A stretch of 46,856 nt of DNA, taken from sequence record PZ379178.1, one strand, 5' to 3'. Shown here in pieces: positions 33,875 through 42,252 of the stretch. A program made the position numbers and the translations under genes. Position 1 is the stretch's first letter. Every line of letters begins with the position of its first letter. The notes beneath the pieces were generated by a model. It was not told the origin of the DNA, made no database searches, and saw nothing but the letters and a program-made list of their open reading frames with translations. Origin of the DNA: a phage.

Positions 33875-36800
33875 ATGGCACAAATGGTCAAAACAAATGC
33901 GGAGCTATGTGATATGGCGGAAGAAATTAAGATTTATGGAAGTAAGGGCGGACAGCCAAAGCAGCACCAACCTGTAGAGCAGCCTGATAACCTGATATCC
34001 GTAAACAAGGTTAAGGTTTTGCTAGCTGTTTCTGATGGTGAGGTTGATAGCTCATTCTCCCTAAAGGACCTTTACCTTGCTGACGTTCCTGTACAGAACC
34101 AGAATGGCACATACAACTACGAGGGTGTAACGGCAGAGTTTCGCCCTGGCACACAGAGTCAGGATTACATTGCCGGGCTAGAGGGTGCTAACTCGGAAGT
34201 GCAAGTGAACAGGGAGATTAAAAACTCAACTCCTTACATCATTGCTGTTAATAACACCCAGCTATCAGCGATTAGGGTTAAGCTGTTTTGGCCTCGTCTG
34301 ATTAATCAGGAAAGTAACGGAGATCTTAACGGTACCACTTGCGAGTATGCGATTGACCTGTCCGTTGATGGCGCTACATACACTGAGTACACGCGCGGAG
34401 TAGCTAATGGCAAGACAACTAGCGGGTACGACAGAAGTATCAGGGTTAACCTTCCTGCTGAGTTCTCGAGTGCGTTGGTGAGGGTTCGTAAGATCACGGC
34501 AGATTCAGAAAGTTCGACGCTGGTTAACGACATGCAAATTACGACCTATCAGGAAGTAATTGATGCTAAATTCCGCTACCCACTTACAGCGCTGGTTTAC
34601 GTTGAGTTCAGTTCTGACCTCTTCCCTAACGGAATCCCGACGATTTCAATCAAGAAGAAGTGGAAGTTGATTCGCGTTCCGACTAACTACAACCCAGAGA
34701 CAAGGACTTACAGCGGAACCTGGAACGGCACCTTTAAGATGGCGTATTCCAATAACCCGGCGTGGGTTCTTTACGACTTGGTGACGAATCAGCGTTACGG
34801 ACTTGACCAGCGAGAGCTTGGCATTACTATTGATAAGTGGGGTCTGTATGAGGCGGCGCAATTCTGTGACCAGATGGTTCCAGATGGTAAGGGTGGAGTT
34901 GAGCCGCGCTACCTGTGTGATGTTGTCATTCAGCAGAAAGTTGAAGCATATCAGGTAATCCGTGATATTTGCTCTATCTTCCGTGGGCTGACATTCTATG
35001 ACGGCGAGCAGATAGGGATTGTTGTCGATAAGCCGCGTCAACCATCGTACGTATTCACCAATGACAACGTTGTTGATGGATTGTTCAACCGTACATTTGG
35101 TAGCGATAAGTCACTTTACACGGTTGCCAACGTTCAGTTTGATGACGTTGAAAACTCATACCAACAGGATGTTGAGCCAGTATTCGAGTTAGAGGCAACA
35201 AGGCGTTTTGGTTACAACCCGGTCGACCTTACAGCTATTGGATGTACTCGCAGGAGTGAGGCAAACCGCCGCGGGCGCTGGTTATTAAAGACGAACATTC
35301 GCAGCGAGACTATTAGTTTCACTACTGGTCTGGAAGGTATGATTCCAATGATTGGTGAGGTTATTGCAGTTAATGACCAGGCATGGTCTAGCAACTACAC
35401 CCTTAACCTTTCTGGTCGTATCGAGTCAGTAAGTGGGTTGCAAGTTTTTGTGCCATTTAAGATTGATGCTACTGCTGGCGACAGGATTCTAATAAACAAG
35501 CCTGATGGAATGCCAGAGTACAGGACCATTGCATCTGTATCTGAAGATGGTATGACGCTGCAACTTAATACAGCGTTTAGCTTTACTCCTCAGCCTGACA
35601 CAGTATTTGCGATTGATAAGGAAAATCTTGCTCTTCAGCAATATGTTGTGACCGGTATTCAAAAAGCAGACAGCGATGGAGATGATGCGTTTGGTTACAC
35701 GATTACCGCAGTTGAGTACGACCCGAACAAATACGACGAGATTGATTACGGCGTAAACATTCAGGACAGGCCAACTTCAATCGTGGAGCCAGATACATTA
35801 CTGGCACCCGAGAATGTTCAGGTTAGCAGTTACAGTAAGGTTGTTCAGGGTTTATCAGTTGAGACAATGGTAATCACGTGGGACAAGGTTCAGTACGCGA
35901 AAACCTACACGGTCCAGTGGCGCAAGGAGAACGGAAACTGGATTAACGTGCCGCGCACAGCAAGCACAGAGGTTGATATTGAAGGTATCTATGCCGGAAT
36001 TTACCAGGTTCGCGTAAGGGCCGTTTCTGATACTGAAAACGTATCCGCATGGTCTGACATTGTTTCAGTAAGCCTCACAGGCAAGATTGGGACCCCTTCT
36101 TCACCTACAGTAATCACCGCTTCAGATGATGAAATATTCGGCATTAGGGTTAAGTGGGGATTTCCTGAAAACTCAGCCGATACGTCATACACTGAATTGC
36201 AGCAAGTAGCCGACAATGGTGATGGTACTTATACACCAGAGAATGCTAGCCTTCTGACTCTGGTGCCTTACCCGAGTTACGAGTACTGGCATACTACACT
36301 TCCTGCTGGAAAGGTCATCTGGTACAGGGCGCGACTGATTGACAAGATTGGTAACGTCTCACCATGGACTGATTTTGTAAGGGGTATGGCAAGCGATGAT
36401 GTGTCGTCAATCATTGGTGATATTAAGGTTGATATAGAAAACTCAGATGGGTTCAAGTATCTCCAACAGAATGCCATTGAGTCAAACGGAGCTATTCAGG
36501 CGCAAGCGGAATCAATAATTGAGAACGCCCTGGCTAATGATGGTGACGTGCGTAGAATGACGAAGGAAAACGGCAAGAGGAAGGCCGAATTTGTTCAGGC
36601 TGTGAATCTTATCGCCGATGAAGAAAGGGCTCGCGTAGAGGCTCTGACGCAGCTTAAGGCGCAGATTGATGATGAGATTGTAGCTTCATTGACAAGGATT
36701 GATACGGCGCTAGCGGAAGAGACGCAAGCAAGGACCACTGCGGACACTGCTTTATCTGCAAGGCTAGGTGATAATGAGGCTGCGTTAAATGAGAAGTTGG

Positions 36801-37300
36801 ACACTTACGTTACTGCCGATTCAATTGGTGCTCAGTACGGGATTAAACTTGGCCTCAAATACAATGGCGTTGAGTACAGTTCTGGCATGAGTATGGAGCT
36901 AACTGGTTCTGATGGCAATGTTCGTAGTCAGGTCATCTTTGATGCTAACAGGTTAGCAATCAGTAACGGCATTAGCTCTGGATCCGGTCAGTGGTCATTG
37001 CCTTTCGTAGTTGAAGGTAATCAGGTATTCATTCAAAGCGCAGTGATTCAGGATGGTTCAATCACTAACGCGAAGATTGGTAACCGGATTCAATCTAATA
37101 ACTACGTGGCTGGTTCTCAGGGTTGGGCCATTGATAAGTCAGGCAGTGCGGAACTTAACAATGCAACTGTAAGGGGTAGTCTGTACGCAAGTAACGGCAA
37201 CTTTGCGTTTAACGGAACCAACAACACTGTTCAGATTAACAATAATGGAATTACAGTTAATTTACCGAATGGTGGAAGGGTTGTAGTTGGAGTGTGGTAA
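33875..37300 (+). CDS. Host specificity / central tail fiber protein (gpJ-like)
   Basis: 1141 aa, last and largest gene of tail-tip cluster after I-like gene. Confidence 0.75.
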   Translation: MAQMVKTNAELCDMAEEIKIYGSKGGQPKQHQPVEQPDNLISVNKVKVLLAVSDGEVDSSFSLKDLYLADVPVQNQNGTYNYEGVTAEFRPGTQSQDYIAGLEGANSEVQVNREIKNSTPYIIAVNNTQLSAIRVKLFWPRLINQESNGDLNGTTCEYAIDLSVDGATYTEYTRGVANGKTTSGYDRSIRVNLPAEFSSALVRVRKITADSESSTLVNDMQITTYQEVIDAKFRYPLTALVYVEFSSDLFPNGIPTISIKKKWKLIRVPTNYNPETRTYSGTWNGTFKMAYSNNPAWVLYDLVTNQRYGLDQRELGITIDKWGLYEAAQFCDQMVPDGKGGVEPRYLCDVVIQQKVEAYQVIRDICSIFRGLTFYDGEQIGIVVDKPRQPSYVFTNDNVVDGLFNRTFGSDKSLYTVANVQFDDVENSYQQDVEPVFELEATRRFGYNPVDLTAIGCTRRSEANRRGRWLLKTNIRSETISFTTGLEGMIPMIGEVIAVNDQAWSSNYTLNLSGRIESVSGLQVFVPFKIDATAGDRILINKPDGMPEYRTIASVSEDGMTLQLNTAFSFTPQPDTVFAIDKENLALQQYVVTGIQKADSDGDDAFGYTITAVEYDPNKYDEIDYGVNIQDRPTSIVEPDTLLAPENVQVSSYSKVVQGLSVETMVITWDKVQYAKTYTVQWRKENGNWINVPRTASTEVDIEGIYAGIYQVRVRAVSDTENVSAWSDIVSVSLTGKIGTPSSPTVITASDDEIFGIRVKWGFPENSADTSYTELQQVADNGDGTYTPENASLLTLVPYPSYEYWHTTLPAGKVIWYRARLIDKIGNVSPWTDFVRGMASDDVSSIIGDIKVDIENSDGFKYLQQNAIESNGAIQAQAESIIENALANDGDVRRMTKENGKRKAEFVQAVNLIADEERARVEALTQLKAQIDDEIVASLTRIDTALAEETQARTTADTALSARLGDNEAALNEKLDTYVTADSIGAQYGIKLGLKYNGVEYSSGMSMELTGSDGNVRSQVIFDANRLAISNGISSGSGQWSLPFVVEGNQVFIQSAVIQDGSITNAKIGNRIQSNNYVAGSQGWAIDKSGSAELNNATVRGSLYASNGNFAFNGTNNTVQINNNGITVNLPNGGRVVVGVW

Positions 37301-37306
37301 ATGATT

Positions 37307-37330
37307 AGGCCCCTTTCGGGGCCTTTTCTT
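37307..37330. terminator. Bidirectional terminator between J-like gene and minus-strand operon
   Basis: AGGCCCC-TTTC-GGGGCCT followed by TTTTCTTTT; convergent genes end at 37300 and 37331. Confidence 0.65.
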
Positions 37331-38302
37331 TTAGTAGAAGTTTGGTATGAATGGTAGAGCCATTGATATGTTTGTGTCGAATGGGAATTGGGCTCCCGTC
37401 TGCGTTGAGTAGTTCCCTATCACAGTGCCTGGAACTGCCCTTACGGCACCACCAGACATGCATATTCCCTTGTACCTTAAGTTGTTATACCCTCCAGTAA
37501 CTCTTGTTGTAGCGCCGCACCTGAGCAGTGGGAAGAACCCTCCATTTATTGACTGGAAACCATTGGTTATTTGTATAAAGCCACCAAGCACGAACGGTCG
37601 CCTGACGCTTGAAAAAACAATCTGTCCAGAACTATTAGACATTGTGAGTCCTGGGCCAGCTACTGGAGGGTCATTCCTGAATATCACTAACTGTACGTAA
37701 GTACTTGCTGCAACGTCATCTATGCCGCTGTAGTTTATGTTGCGGCACCAAATTGTATTACCGTCGCTCTCCAGAGAAACGTTTGGGTTATCCCATTTAC
37801 CAAATGGAATCCCACTGACTGGTAGTGAGGCGGCGCCGTTAACCTGTATTCCACCAACCCATGCCGCAGACATTAACCGCGAATTGCTTGAAATTGCCAA
37901 AAAGTCAGTTGAGTTCTCAACCAGTATTCCTGGGCTTGATGAAGACGAGGCTGGGAGTATTTCAAAGCAATTTCCAGCAAAGTCAATTATACGACCTCTT
38001 GCGCCATTGAAGTCACTAAGCGTTATCCTGCCAGTTCCGTCATTTACCTTCTGGAACCCGTTCATATAATAAACTTCAGGTACAACATCATAAGCGTCAA
38101 CGTGCACAGCCTTTGTTGGAAGGCAGAATGCTGTTGAGCCTGTGGACATGGTTAAACCAAAATCCCATGATGATGCTGGCGTCGAAAGTCCATTGGTATT
38201 TATTGAGCCAGTCACAGCGGGCGCTCTTAATCCTGCCGTTATTTCCATAGGTGGCCTTCCGTCGTTGAGGTCTATCAATATACCCTGTGGCATTATTTCC
38301 AC
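37331..38302 (-). CDS. Hypothetical Gly/Ser/Asn-rich protein, cotranscribed with lipoprotein gene
   Basis: 323-aa ORF overlapping 3-prime end of 38293..38538 by 10 nt; convergent with J-like gene at bidirectional terminator. Confidence 0.5.
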   Translation of the reverse strand: MEIMPQGILIDLNDGRPPMEITAGLRAPAVTGSINTNGLSTPASSWDFGLTMSTGSTAFCLPTKAVHVDAYDVVPEVYYMNGFQKVNDGTGRITLSDFNGARGRIIDFAGNCFEILPASSSSSPGILVENSTDFLAISSNSRLMSAAWVGGIQVNGAASLPVSGIPFGKWDNPNVSLESDGNTIWCRNINYSGIDDVAASTYVQLVIFRNDPPVAGPGLTMSNSSGQIVFSSVRRPFVLGGFIQITNGFQSINGGFFPLLRCGATTRVTGGYNNLRYKGICMSGGAVRAVPGTVIGNYSTQTGAQFPFDTNISMALPFIPNFY

Positions 38303-38538
38303 TCCTTAGACCCGTGATCTGCAACTGAACCGCCATAACCTCCACCAGCCTTGCTCTCAATACCAGCGTAGCGCACATCAACTTCACCAGCCGGTACAAT
38401 CACACCATCTTTCCATTTAGCCACGCACACGCCGTTTGCTTGCGTTGCACACCAACCGTCTGGTCGCGGACTAGAAGAGCAACCTACCATCATGATTGCT
38501 GCTGCGGCGATGATTGAAAGTTTGATTAAGTTAGTCAT
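38293..38538 (-). CDS. Small lipoprotein, Cor/Llp-like superinfection-exclusion candidate
   Basis: 81 aa; signal peptide with lipobox MVGC, short mature domain; own promoter box (38606-38622); located next to tail fiber locus. Confidence 0.4.
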   Translation of the reverse strand: MTNLIKLSIIAAAAIMMVGCSSSPRPDGWCATQANGVCVAKWKDGVIVPAGEVDVRYAGIESKAGGGYGGSVADHGSKEWK

Positions 38539-38622
38539 TTTAGTATTCCCTAGAATGTGTGTTTCGTTTCAATGGAGTAATGATATCTCATCATTGAGAT
38601 TTGTCTTTAGCTATTCGTGCTA
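38539..38622 (-). promoter_or_regulatory. Box-hairpin-leader cassette (minus orientation)
   Basis: Reverse-complement box TAGCACGAATAGCTAAA (38606-38622), hairpin, leader CATTGAAACGAAACACAC; precedes lipoprotein gene ATG 38538. Confidence 0.5.
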
Positions 38623-39291
38623 TTTACTTTCCAGTAACAGCTTAATGTCGATACCAAGTTTATTCTCGATCAATCCGGTCAGTGCGTCCGTCTTTTCTTT
38701 AAGAGCAAAGCATTGCGTTTCATACTTAAACCTTGCTTCCATTTCATCGGAACGTGATGCCCAAGACTGCCGAGCCTCGCAAGCAAGCATATCTAGTTTT
38801 TCATCTGTATTCTTATCCATGAGAAGGATTTCATTGATTCGCTGCTCAGCAACGATTCGCTGACTAAGGTGAGCGTTCTGCGCATTAGCCACACCAAGCA
38901 TCATGCGTGCCTCTTTTAGCTCATCAATACTAACCATCTTGCTGATTACTTCCTGTTGAGTGTTAATGGTTTGCTGCATCTCTTTTAGCTTGTTTAGAAC
39001 CGAACGACGAACAGACTTTGACTCACGCATTCCGACAAGAAGCATTTGCTCCATATTAAGCACTGGTGAGTTGATCGACTTTCTATAACCACCTCTTCCC
39101 TCACTTTTGATTACGAAACTTTCGTAGTCAAACTCAAACCCCTCAATCTCATCCTCTATCCTCTCAACAAAGTCATTGTGTCGAACATCAGATTCACCAG
39201 CAACTAACCTCGCTGGGTTGATAACTTCATTCAAAAACTGATAACTGTTCATTTTCACATCTTCATTTAGTAGAGCTAGGTTCATTTTCAT
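38620..39291 (-). CDS. Rha-like phage regulatory protein (putative)
   Basis: N-terminal SYQFLNEVINPARLVAGESDVRHNDFVERI resembles Rha-family N-domain, coiled-coil C-terminus; start 39291 after AGAGAG SD. Confidence 0.4.
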   Translation of the reverse strand: MKMNLALLNEDVKMNSYQFLNEVINPARLVAGESDVRHNDFVERIEDEIEGFEFDYESFVIKSEGRGGYRKSINSPVLNMEQMLLVGMRESKSVRRSVLNKLKEMQQTINTQQEVISKMVSIDELKEARMMLGVANAQNAHLSQRIVAEQRINEILLMDKNTDEKLDMLACEARQSWASRSDEMEARFKYETQCFALKEKTDALTGLIENKLGIDIKLLLESK

Positions 39292-39380
39292 CTCTCTTTT
39301 TTTATTCTGGCTAAGCACCATTGCCGCCATGCGCACAAATATACCCAAATACTGCATCTTGTCTTTAGCAAATCGTGCTA
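39292..39380 (-). promoter_or_regulatory. Box cassette (minus orientation)
   Basis: Reverse-complement box TAGCACGATTTGCTAAA (39364-39380), TATATT, AAAAAAAGAGAG SD; precedes Rha-like gene. Confidence 0.45.
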
Positions 39381-39500
39381 TTTATCGCAAATTTACCCAT
39401 AAATCATGGTTACGCGTAATCGATGTAACTCGATGTATACCATATGCATCCGCGGGAAATCGTATACGCCTAGTTACGCCAGTTTACGCCATAGTTACAC

Positions 39501-39556
39501 TATAATATCTATATATATCAACCTTTTACTCTTATTATTATTATTATATATATTAC
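39501..39556. repeat. AT-rich (TTA)n element, copy B
   Basis: TAATATCTATATATATCAACCTTTTACT-CTTATTATTATTATTATATATAT; 28-nt core identical to 11708-11735. Confidence 0.8.
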
Positions 39557-39871
39557 TGTGTATATCATGTAACTACTGTTCTGGAGTGTTCCGGTTATAA
39601 TTTTTATATCATGTGATTTTATACAGTATTGCGCAGCACCTATACCTATGCACCCTCCGCTAAAATCGGTATACACGGTATACTCACTATTTACATTGAG
39701 CTATAGCTTGGCTTAAGTGGCGAAAAACGTAACTCATGCCAATGTCTACACGTAGTTACAAAATTATACGCGTATACTTGATTAATTAATAGGTGATACC
39801 AATTGGACTATGCGTTGTGCGTACGGCATCATTAACTCATCGAAAGCACGCAACAATAGAGAGATAGAGAA

Positions 39872-40066
39872 ATGCCATACTTCATTATTAAAGAGAAAAA
39901 CAACGCACTGTTCGGCGATTGCTACTTTGGTGGCCCCGCTGGATATACAGTTCACAAATCTGAAGCGGACCGATTCGATAGCAAGGAAGAGGCAAAATCT
40001 ATTCTGACAGGATATTTCACTGAGGAAGATTTGAAAGCTGTTAAGATTGTTAAAATTAAGGATTGA
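39872..40066 (+). CDS. Hypothetical small protein
   Basis: 64-aa ORF, first plus-strand gene after divergent region B, preceded by leader CATCGAAAGCACG...AGAGAG. Confidence 0.45.
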   Translation: MPYFIIKEKNNALFGDCYFGGPAGYTVHKSEADRFDSKEEAKSILTGYFTEEDLKAVKIVKIKD

Positions 40067-40069
40067 GCC

Positions 40070-41041
40070 ATGACATTTAAAGTTTATACGAACGACGAGC
40101 TAACCAATGAAGCCTATCACGAAGAGAAAGACCATATCTCTGGCTCTTCGCTGGCTGAGATTCTTGCTACTTCTCCAGCAAAATGGAAATTTAAGCAGCG
40201 CAGCAACTCAAGTGCAGCACTAAAGTTTGGCACTTTGAGCCATACGATGATGCTAGAACGTGAAGTGTTCGATTCCACTTACATGCGAGCTACTGACTTT
40301 GACGAAGTGGAAGGATTGATTACTAGCCAAACAGCTTTATCGGCAGCGCTTAAAAAAGTTGGCGTTTCCGGCACGTCAGGGAAGGGTTATAACGAGCTTG
40401 TGGAGATGATGTATAAGTCTGGCGAGGATTGGCCGGTTAAATGGTTAATTGAGCAGCAGGAGAGCGCTGAGGCGTTAATTAGTGGCAAGGAGCTGGTTAG
40501 TGCTAAAGATTACGACAAGGTAATCGCAATGCGAGAAGTTCTGACCAATATTCCGGCTTACGATGCGGTAATTAATTCACCAACAGCACAGAAAGAGCTG
40601 TCAATCTTTGGTGAGATTCTCGGCTGCGGCGTTAAGGTTCGGCTTGACCACGTGGATGTTGTTAATGGAGTGGTTTACATTACTGACTATAAAACAACAG
40701 CAGACGCAAGCCCGAGAGGATTTGGTAAGTCAGCTTATGACCATGGTTACCTGTGTAAGATGGCACTTCAGCGCGATTTGTTTGTTAAAGCATTCAACGA
40801 AAAGCGTAAGGTTGTGGTTCGACTTCTGGCTCAGGAGAAAACAGAGCCCTACTTACCTATGTGCTACACACTTACAGATGAGCAGCTTCGCATTGGGCGC
40901 TTACAATATTTAGAGGCTCTGGCTGTTTACAAGCAGTGCAAGGAACTTGATGATTGGCCTGGATACAGTAATGGGATTACAGAGCAAGATTTGATGATTC
41001 CTGAGTGGGTAAATAAGCAGTATCAAGAATTACTAAAATAG
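40070..41041 (+). CDS. PD-(D/E)XK-type exonuclease (putative recombination exonuclease)
   Basis: VRLDHVDV ... VYITDYKTT matches D...D/E-x-K nuclease core; directly upstream of annealase and SSB. Confidence 0.5.
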   Translation: MTFKVYTNDELTNEAYHEEKDHISGSSLAEILATSPAKWKFKQRSNSSAALKFGTLSHTMMLEREVFDSTYMRATDFDEVEGLITSQTALSAALKKVGVSGTSGKGYNELVEMMYKSGEDWPVKWLIEQQESAEALISGKELVSAKDYDKVIAMREVLTNIPAYDAVINSPTAQKELSIFGEILGCGVKVRLDHVDVVNGVVYITDYKTTADASPRGFGKSAYDHGYLCKMALQRDLFVKAFNEKRKVVVRLLAQEKTEPYLPMCYTLTDEQLRIGRLQYLEALAVYKQCKELDDWPGYSNGITEQDLMIPEWVNKQYQELLK

Positions 41042-41111
41042 CACGAATTGCTAAAGACAAAATTAACTGGTGGGGTATCATTACCCCATCGAAACGAAAG
41101 AGAGATGTGGA
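41039..41111 (+). promoter_or_regulatory. Box-hairpin-leader cassette
   Basis: Box TAGCACGAATTGCTAAA 41039-41055, hairpin GGGGTA/TACCCC, leader CATCGAAACGAAAGAGAG from 41087. Confidence 0.5.
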
Positions 41112-41762
41112 ATGAAAACTTCTGAGCAAAACAAGCAAGTATTGAAGGCGTTATTCGAGGCTAAATCAAAGTTTGCTAAGGCTGAAAAGTCTAAGCAGAA
41201 CTCACACCTCAAGAATAAGTACGCTACTTTAGATGATGTTTTAGCAGCTGTAGAGCCAGGATTGGCTGATAGCGGACTGGTGATGTTTCAGTCGATGATT
41301 GATGATGATGTAAGCACTCGTATTAAGGTTGAAACAACAGTTTACCATGCAGAATCTGGAGAGTGGGTTAGTTTCCTGACCATAGTCCCAATCAGTAAGC
41401 AAGATGCTCAAGGTTATGGGTCATCACTTACATACGCTCGCCGTTACGCAATCACAGCGGCGTTAGGTTTAAGCCAGGCAGATGATGATGGTCAGTTAGC
41501 AGTTAAAGGCATCAACTCATTCAAGAAAGACTTGGCTAAGTGCAGTACTCTTGATGACCTCCGTGATGTTTACAAAGAGGCGAAGCAGTCACTTGATTCA
41601 GCCGGCTGGTTAGTGCTTGAGCCTCACATTATCGAGCGCAAGGTAGAGATTCAGGCCAATGCAACTAGCGGCTTTAACCCAGCAAAACCTAAGCAGGTTG
41701 CACAAAAGCCTGTTCAAGAAGAAAAAGTTGAAGTACAATCTCAAGAAATCGATACATTCTAA
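41112..41762 (+). CDS. Single-strand annealing protein, Erf-family-like
   Basis: KNKYATLDDVLAAV ... SSLTYARRYAITAALGL resembles conserved ERF core; ATG 41112 is 73 nt downstream of promoter box 41039. Confidence 0.55.
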   Translation: MKTSEQNKQVLKALFEAKSKFAKAEKSKQNSHLKNKYATLDDVLAAVEPGLADSGLVMFQSMIDDDVSTRIKVETTVYHAESGEWVSFLTIVPISKQDAQGYGSSLTYARRYAITAALGLSQADDDGQLAVKGINSFKKDLAKCSTLDDLRDVYKEAKQSLDSAGWLVLEPHIIERKVEIQANATSGFNPAKPKQVAQKPVQEEKVEVQSQEIDTF

Positions 41763-41802
41763 TTTAACGGGGCTTCGGCCACAGCATTAAGAGAGAAATA
41801 AA

Positions 41803-42219
<417 letters not shown>

Positions 42220-42229
42220 TAAAAGATAA

Positions 42230-42252
42230 AGCCCCTTTCGGGGCTTTTTTTA
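42230..42252. terminator. Bidirectional terminator between SSB and tail fiber genes
   Basis: AGCCCC-TTTC-GGGGCT followed by T7; convergent gene ends 42219 and 42250. Confidence 0.65.

Noticed and set aside
29551-36804. Short ORFs on either strand nested inside the tape measure and J-like genes (for example 29551..29868, 30264..30563, 34646..35041, 36595..36804)
   Set aside because: Nested in long, compositionally consistent structural genes; expected by chance at this length.
39406-39600. 64-aa ORF inside intergenic region B
   Set aside because: Low-complexity poly-Leu translation of the shared AT-rich repeat; no RBS or coding signal.
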